From assembly GCA_040218735.1 (NCBI GenBank), contig JAVJQW010000022.1, forward strand, positions 96,001 through 160,000: DNA of 64,000 bases, written 5' to 3'. Positions 58,867-64,000 of this stretch are shown piece after piece. The DNA comes from Deltaproteobacteria bacterium (GTDB lineage Bacteria; Myxococcota; Kuafuiibacteriia; Kuafuiibacteriales; Kuafuiibacteriaceae). The position numbers and the translations under genes were made by a program. The first letter of the stretch is position 1. Every line of letters starts with the position of its first letter. A model generated the notes under the pieces. It searched no databases, was not told the origin of the DNA, and was given only the letters and a program-made list of their open reading frames with translations.

Positions 58867-59649
58867 CTACATCGCCGGCTGCGTCGGCTGCGCCTCGTCC
58901 GGCGGGGTCACGGTGAAGATAACCAGCGAGTGCGCGTCGAGCGAGGTCCACGCGCCGGGGAAGAGCGGCTCGCTCGCGACGACGCGCCCGGAGACCGGGA
59001 CCACGGAGCCCTCCTCCGCGACGATCGTGTACAGCGGCGGCGGCGTCCCGCGCGTGGCGGTGCGGAGCGTCAGGAGCGACGACCCGTCCGTCGCGACGAT
59101 CGCAAACGACGCCGCGGCGCCCGCGCGCGTCGCGAGCTGGGTGACCTTGCCGACGAGCGTCTCCAGCGCGCCCGCCATCGCGTCGGCGTCGGTGCGCCCC
59201 TGCAGGGCGTCGAGCCACGTCGCGAACAACAGCTGCGACGGGCTGCCTCCCGAGGCCGCGGCGAACGCGCCGTCCGAGAGGCCCTCGGTGAGCGGGCGAC
59301 GGAAGACGTCGTCGAAGCGCTCGAGCTCTCCGTCGTGCGCGAACAAAAACGGCGTCGCGGCGAACGGCTGCAGGCCCGACAGCTCCGCGGGGTGCGCGTC
59401 GGCGCGTCGGATCTCGGCGATCGCACACTCGGCGGGGTAACGGCGCGCCGCCTCCAGCGCGTGCCCCTCGCTCCACAGCGGCATCCGCGAGCGCACCCGG
59501 ACCGGGTCGGGGTGGCCGTCCAGGGGGAACCATCCGAGCCCGAACCCGTCCGCGAACTCCGCCGCCTGCCGCACGAGCGCGTACGATCCGCCCTCCAGCA
59601 ACGTGGCGGGGCTCATCTGAGGTCCGAGGTAGGCAGCGATTCGACCCAT
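58867..59649 (-). CDS. Class II glutamine amidotransferase (EgtC/YafJ-like) homolog lacking the catalytic Cys
   Basis: MGRIAAYLG (canonical MCR..Y.G), ADGFGLGW, QPF, FAHDG and VASEPL motifs. Confidence 0.75.
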   Translation of the reverse strand: MGRIAAYLGPQMSPATLLEGGSYALVRQAAEFADGFGLGWFPLDGHPDPVRVRSRMPLWSEGHALEAARRYPAECAIAEIRRADAHPAELSGLQPFAATPFLFAHDGELERFDDVFRRPLTEGLSDGAFAAASGGSPSQLLFATWLDALQGRTDADAMAGALETLVGKVTQLATRAGAAASFAIVATDGSSLLTLRTATRGTPPPLYTIVAEEGSVVPVSGRVVASEPLFPGAWTSLDAHSLVIFTVTPPDEAQPTQPAM

Positions 59650-59697
59650 GGCGCAGCTTCCATACCGGATGCTCCGCCCGCAGTCACTGCGCGAGCG

Positions 59698-61158
59698 TCA
59701 ATCGGGTTCGGCGATGACACTCACCGCGCCGTCGTCGGCGTGCAGAACGTAAGCCCGCCGCATGTCACTGATCGCGATGGCGCCGAGTCGCAACGACGGC
59801 AGCCGCACCGTCGACTGCACGCGAGGTCGCATCACCGGTCCACGGTCGATGAACGCCACCCGCCCCGCCGAGCTCGACAGCACGACGCGATCCGTTGCGA
59901 GGTCGTAGGCGAGGTCCGAGAGCTGCTCGACCTCCGGCACACCGACACGCCGCACCGCGGTCTCGTTCGTCGCCGCCGCGTCGTACTCGAAGTAGCAGTG
60001 CCGCTCGCGCGCCGCGCCCATGTAACACGCGCCGAGGAAACCGAGGGTCTGCCGCTCGATCTGCACGAGGCGCGTCGGCACGATGCTGCCCAGCGACAAC
60101 CCATCCGCGCGCGACAGGTCGGTCAGCAGCGCCATCGTCATCGTCGCGGTCACCGAGAACAGCGACGATGAACCTTCGGCGGTCGCGGCCGCGATCGCGG
60201 TCGTCGTGTCCAACGCCGCGAGGCTCGTGATGCGCTCCGCCTGCGTGCGCGGCGCGTCGCGCGGCGTGAGCGTCGCGGCCTCGTAGACGATCAGCGCGCT
60301 CGTCGCGCCCTCCGTCACCGCGACGAGCACACCTTCGCTCGTCACCGCCATCGCGTCGGGGGCGCTCGGGAGCGTCGCGCGGTACTGCACGGCGTTGTCG
60401 TTGGTCTCGACGCGGACGAGCTCGTTGCCGGCCACGAACACCGCCGCGCCGCCCGGGGCCGCCGCGATGAACCGCGCCCCCGGGACGCTCACCATCGTGT
60501 CGACCGCCGTGTTCCCGTTCGGGTCGATGCGGTAGACGGAGCTCTCCACGAGGACCCAGACCGACCCCGCCGCGAACACGGCGTCCGACGCGCTGGCGCC
60601 CTGGCGCAGCGTGACCTCGGCTTCCTTCTTCGTGTTGGGGTCGACGCCGTCGACGAGCTCCAGGTACAGGCCGGTGTGCTCGGTGTCGAAGCGCTCCTCG
60701 CACGAGCTGCTGTGACAGGCGAGCATTGCGTAGGTCGGTGAGAAGTCGACGGCGCGCGGGTAGAGCCCGCCGCGACAGCACACGGGCTCCCGAGAGAGGC
60801 GACCGCCGCCGCTGCGCTTCACGACGAGCGTGATGCTCGGCTCGTAGTCGTTCTCGACCGCGGGGTCCGCGCCGACGAAGCCCTGCCACTCGCGGGGGTT
60901 CGCCGATGCGTCCGTTGCGTCGTGGTAGATGCCGATGGCGCACTCGTCCTGCTCGACGAACACGTTGCGCGCGACGCCCTGGTCGAGGTCCGCGAAGACG
61001 AACCAGTCCTGCGCGAAGTTCATCGGGAAGGGCGGGTCGCAGTTGTCACCCACCGCCGGCGGCGGGCCGATCAGGTTCGGATCCGCGTACTCGGGATCAC
61101 CGGGGCCGGCACAGCCCGCGAGCATCGCGAGCGTCGCGGCCCCGATCGTCCAGCGCAT
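59698..61158 (-). CDS. Lipoprotein with probable beta-propeller
   Basis: Lipobox MLAGC and repeated short beta-strand units. Confidence 0.65.
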   Translation of the reverse strand: MRWTIGAATLAMLAGCAGPGDPEYADPNLIGPPPAVGDNCDPPFPMNFAQDWFVFADLDQGVARNVFVEQDECAIGIYHDATDASANPREWQGFVGADPAVENDYEPSITLVVKRSGGGRLSREPVCCRGGLYPRAVDFSPTYAMLACHSSSCEERFDTEHTGLYLELVDGVDPNTKKEAEVTLRQGASASDAVFAAGSVWVLVESSVYRIDPNGNTAVDTMVSVPGARFIAAAPGGAAVFVAGNELVRVETNDNAVQYRATLPSAPDAMAVTSEGVLVAVTEGATSALIVYEAATLTPRDAPRTQAERITSLAALDTTTAIAAATAEGSSSLFSVTATMTMALLTDLSRADGLSLGSIVPTRLVQIERQTLGFLGACYMGAARERHCYFEYDAAATNETAVRRVGVPEVEQLSDLAYDLATDRVVLSSSAGRVAFIDRGPVMRPRVQSTVRLPSLRLGAIAISDMRRAYVLHADDGAVSVIAEPD

Positions 61159-61161
61159 GGC

Positions 61162-62031
61162 TCAATCGTCTTGCACGAGTGAGATCGAATCGCCAGCCGC
61201 AGCCGACGCACGGGCGGGCTCGCGGCGGGGTTTCTCGGAGGGGATGTCCTCGTCGTCTTCCTCGATCTCGGCGTCCACCGCGTCCTCGACGTCGTCGAGC
61301 GCGTCCATCTCGCCGCTCGTGAGCGCGGCGCGTTCGCCGGCTTCGAGCATGCCCATGTCGTTCATCTTCGCCTTCAGCGCGGCGAGGTCGTCCGACAGCG
61401 GACCGGCCTCGAGCATGTCGATCTCGGACGCGAGGTCGCGGTCTTCGTGCCCGCTCGCGTACGCCGCGAGCTCCCACGTCGCCTCCGCCTCTGCCTCCGC
61501 GCGCTCCACGCGTGCCTCGAGTCGTTCGAGTCGTTCGCTCGCGCTGTTCTCCGACACCGCCGAAAGGGTGGAGGCGATGTGGCGCTGCGCCTCGGCACGC
61601 TTCGCGCGCGCGAGGAGGAGCGAGCGCTTGCGCTTGGTCTCTTGGAGCTTCGCCGTCAGCTCGGACAGTGCAGTGTTCAGCTCCTGCACGGCCTTCTTCT
61701 GGCCTTCGAGTTGATCTTCGAACTGCGCCGCCGCAGCGATGTTCTCCTTCTTGCGCGCGAGCGCTTCGACCGCGAGATCGTCGCGCCCCGCCCGCACCGC
61801 GGACATCGCCTTCTTCTCCCAGTCCTCGGCCTTCGCCTGGTGCCGCTCGTACTGCTTCGAAAGACGCTTCTCGTCGGCGATCGACATCGCGACGCGACTC
61901 TTCGCCTCGATGATCTGCTTCTGCATCTCCTGGATGGCGGCGTTCAGCATCTTCTCCGGGTCTTCGGCCTTCGAAATCAGGTCGTTGATGTTCGACCGGA
62001 GGAGGTCGCTGATTCGCTGAAAGAGCCCCAT
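61162..62031 (-). CDS. pspA: PspA/IM30 family protein
   Basis: MGLFQRISDLLRSNINDLISKAEDPEKML, GRDDLAVEAL and a coiled-coil body. Confidence 0.92.
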   Translation of the reverse strand: MGLFQRISDLLRSNINDLISKAEDPEKMLNAAIQEMQKQIIEAKSRVAMSIADEKRLSKQYERHQAKAEDWEKKAMSAVRAGRDDLAVEALARKKENIAAAAQFEDQLEGQKKAVQELNTALSELTAKLQETKRKRSLLLARAKRAEAQRHIASTLSAVSENSASERLERLEARVERAEAEAEATWELAAYASGHEDRDLASEIDMLEAGPLSDDLAALKAKMNDMGMLEAGERAALTSGEMDALDDVEDAVDAEIEEDDEDIPSEKPRREPARASAAAGDSISLVQDD

Positions 62032-62142
62032 GTTCGCTCGACCCATTGTAGCACCGCGGCGAGGGCTTCGCGCCCCTCCCCATACCCTTCTACGAACTTG
62101 CAACGGCCGAGGGCGCGTCGGTGTTCCGATACGTGCTCGCCG

Positions 62143-64000
62143 TCAAAGGTACTTGTCCAACCATCGGAACATCTCGCCGTACCAGAAGACGTAGTTGTGT
62201 GATTTCAGCACCCAGTGCCCTTCGTCCGGGAAGTAGACGAAGCGGGCCGGGACGCCCTGGGTCCTCAGGGCCGTGAACATCTGCTGGCCCTGCGAGAGGT
62301 GCACCCGGTAGTCCAGCTGGCCGTGGATCACGAGCGTCGGGGTCTTGGCGTGCTGGATGAACCGGTGCGGCGACCACTTGTCGTAGAGGTCCCGCGACCG
62401 ATGGGGCGGCCCGCCGAACTCCCACTCGGGGAACCACAGCTCCTCGGTGTCCCCCCAGAACGACTCCAGGTTGTAGACCCCGGCGTGTGAGATCAGACAC
62501 GCGAAGCGGTCCGTGTGCCCCGCGATCCAGTTCACCAGGTACCCGCCGTACGACGCTCCCCCGGCGCAGGTCGCCTTGGGCTTGATGAACTTGTTGGCCT
62601 CGACGGCGTCCGTGTACGCGAGGACGTCCGCGTACGGTCCCCCGCCCCAGTTCTTCGTCACCGCGTCGACGTAGGCCTGCCCGTAGCCGACCGACCCCCG
62701 CGGGTTCGGCATCGCCACCACGTACCCCTGAGCCGCGAACAGCTGCGGGTTCCAGCGCGGGTGCCACTGGCTGATCCAGGCCCCCTGCGGGCCCCCGTGG
62801 ATCAGCATGAAGAGCGGGTAACGACGCTTCGGGTTGAATCCGGGCGGCGTGAGGACGAACCCGTGGACCTTCGTCCCGTCGTTCGCCGTCGCGACCTTCT
62901 CCTGCGCGCGGCCGAGGAAGTAGTGCTCGACGAAGCTGCGGTTGAGCGAGGTGATCGGCGTGGCCTTCTTCGTCCGCGGGTCCCAGCGCCAGACTTCGGG
63001 GGGCGCCTCGAACGTCGTCGCGACGAACACCACCTCGCCGTTCGGCCCCGCCGACGGGTACTTCACGGAGCGGTCGCCCACGATGCGCTCCGCCGCGCCC
63101 GACGCGCGGGGCAGGCGGAAGAGCGCCTTGAAGCCGCGGTCGTACGCCGTCACGAACAGGGTGTCCTCCCCCGACCACACGATGTCGCGCACGCCGCGGT
63201 CCCAGTCCTTCGTCCGCGCGACGGTCTTCTTGGTCTCGCGGTCGTAGATGTGCAGCACCGGCCGGTCCGCCTCGAACCCGGGCCGCGCGAAGGCGGTGTA
63301 CGCGACGTAGCGTCCCGACGGCGACGCCACCGGGTTCGCGTCCCACGCTGGGTTGTCGGTGAGCTTCGCGGGGCGCCCGGAGAAGAGGCGTTTTTCGTAC
63401 AGGTCGTTGTTGGTCGACCGCGCGCGGTCCTCGCCCTGGTGCCGGGCGAACACCACGCTGTCCTTCGTGAGCGTCCAGCCGGCGCCCGCGTTCAGGACGT
63501 CCGTCGGGACCGCGAGAGGCCCCGGGGTCAGGTCCTTGGGGGCCGCGCTCTTGTCGACGGGCACCACGAACAGGTGCGATCGCGTGCCTTCGTCCCATCC
63601 GGACCAGTGACGGTACAGGAGGTCGTCGTAGACCCGCGCCTTCACCGGGTCGTCCGCCTTCTTCTTCTCGGCGGCCGCGTGGCACTCGGCGTCGCGGCAG
63701 GCCGGGTCGATCTGGCCGACGAACACGATGAACCGCCCGTCGGCCGTGAAGCGGGGCTCCGCGATGCCCGGCCCGAAGGTGAACAGCACCGTCGGCTCGC
63801 CGACCTGACCGACCTCGAACACCATCAGCGCCGCTTCGCCGTCCGACTTCCCGACGAACGCGAGGCGGCGCCCGTCCGGCGACCACGTCGGGCTGTGACC
63901 GCCCGAGCGGGTGATTGCCCGCGGCGCGCCGTCGTTGGCCGGCATCAGGTAGAGCTGGGTGTCGGAGGCCTTCGTGGGGTGTTTGTCGGTGATCGCGAGC
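62143..64000 (-). CDS. S9 family peptidase (partial, N-terminus beyond right edge)
   Basis: IHGGPQ, GASYGG (Ser), GQLDYRV (Asp), DEGH (His) and WSPDG repeats. Frame is open to 64000. Confidence 0.93.
   Translation of the reverse strand, partial: LAITDKHPTKASDTQLYLMPANDGAPRAITRSGGHSPTWSPDGRRLAFVGKSDGEAALMVFEVGQVGEPTVLFTFGPGIAEPRFTADGRFIVFVGQIDPACRDAECHAAAEKKKADDPVKARVYDDLLYRHWSGWDEGTRSHLFVVPVDKSAAPKDLTPGPLAVPTDVLNAGAGWTLTKDSVVFARHQGEDRARSTNNDLYEKRLFSGRPAKLTDNPAWDANPVASPSGRYVAYTAFARPGFEADRPVLHIYDRETKKTVARTKDWDRGVRDIVWSGEDTLFVTAYDRGFKALFRLPRASGAAERIVGDRSVKYPSAGPNGEVVFVATTFEAPPEVWRWDPRTKKATPITSLNRSFVEHYFLGRAQEKVATANDGTKVHGFVLTPPGFNPKRRYPLFMLIHGGPQGAWISQWHPRWNPQLFAAQGYVVAMPNPRGSVGYGQAYVDAVTKNWGGGPYADVLAYTDAVEANKFIKPKATCAGGASYGGYLVNWIAGHTDRFACLISHAGVYNLESFWGDTEELWFPEWEFGGPPHRSRDLYDKWSPHRFIQHAKTPTLVIHGQLDYRVHLSQGQQMFTALRTQGVPARFVYFPDEGHWVLKSHNYVFWYGEMFRWLDKYL

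Overview
High-GC window from a Myxococcota-like (deltaproteobacterial) genome, judged from an SgmX-like TPR protein, an FHA/sigma54 activator, myxobacterial Cys-rich repeats and an ECF/FecR module. Bases 1-~9,100 look like an anti-phage island on the minus strand: McrB-like GTPase, DUF2357/McrC-like nuclease, Vsr, a C5 DNA methyltransferase, and a >850-aa Druantia DruH/DruF-like ORF. That ORF runs off the left edge and is missing from the ORF track. The rest looks like core genome: rho, a CARDB-repeat lipoprotein, TetR/P450, an ECF sigma/anti-sigma/Cys-repeat lipoprotein module, hydA, sgmX/ExeA-like ATPase, a surface polysaccharide cluster, a P-type ATPase, pspA and an S9 peptidase. Four observations stand out: (1) a ~970-bp imperfect palindrome fills a whole intergenic region (31059-32032); (2) a full-length LigA homolog has lost all its catalytic motifs; (3) several other intact but apparently dead enzyme homologs occur (WecB, AsnB, EgtC-like, GT4); (4) a duplicated ECF-type promoter motif predicts the sigma factor's target. 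All family calls come from reading motifs by eye; no database searches were run.
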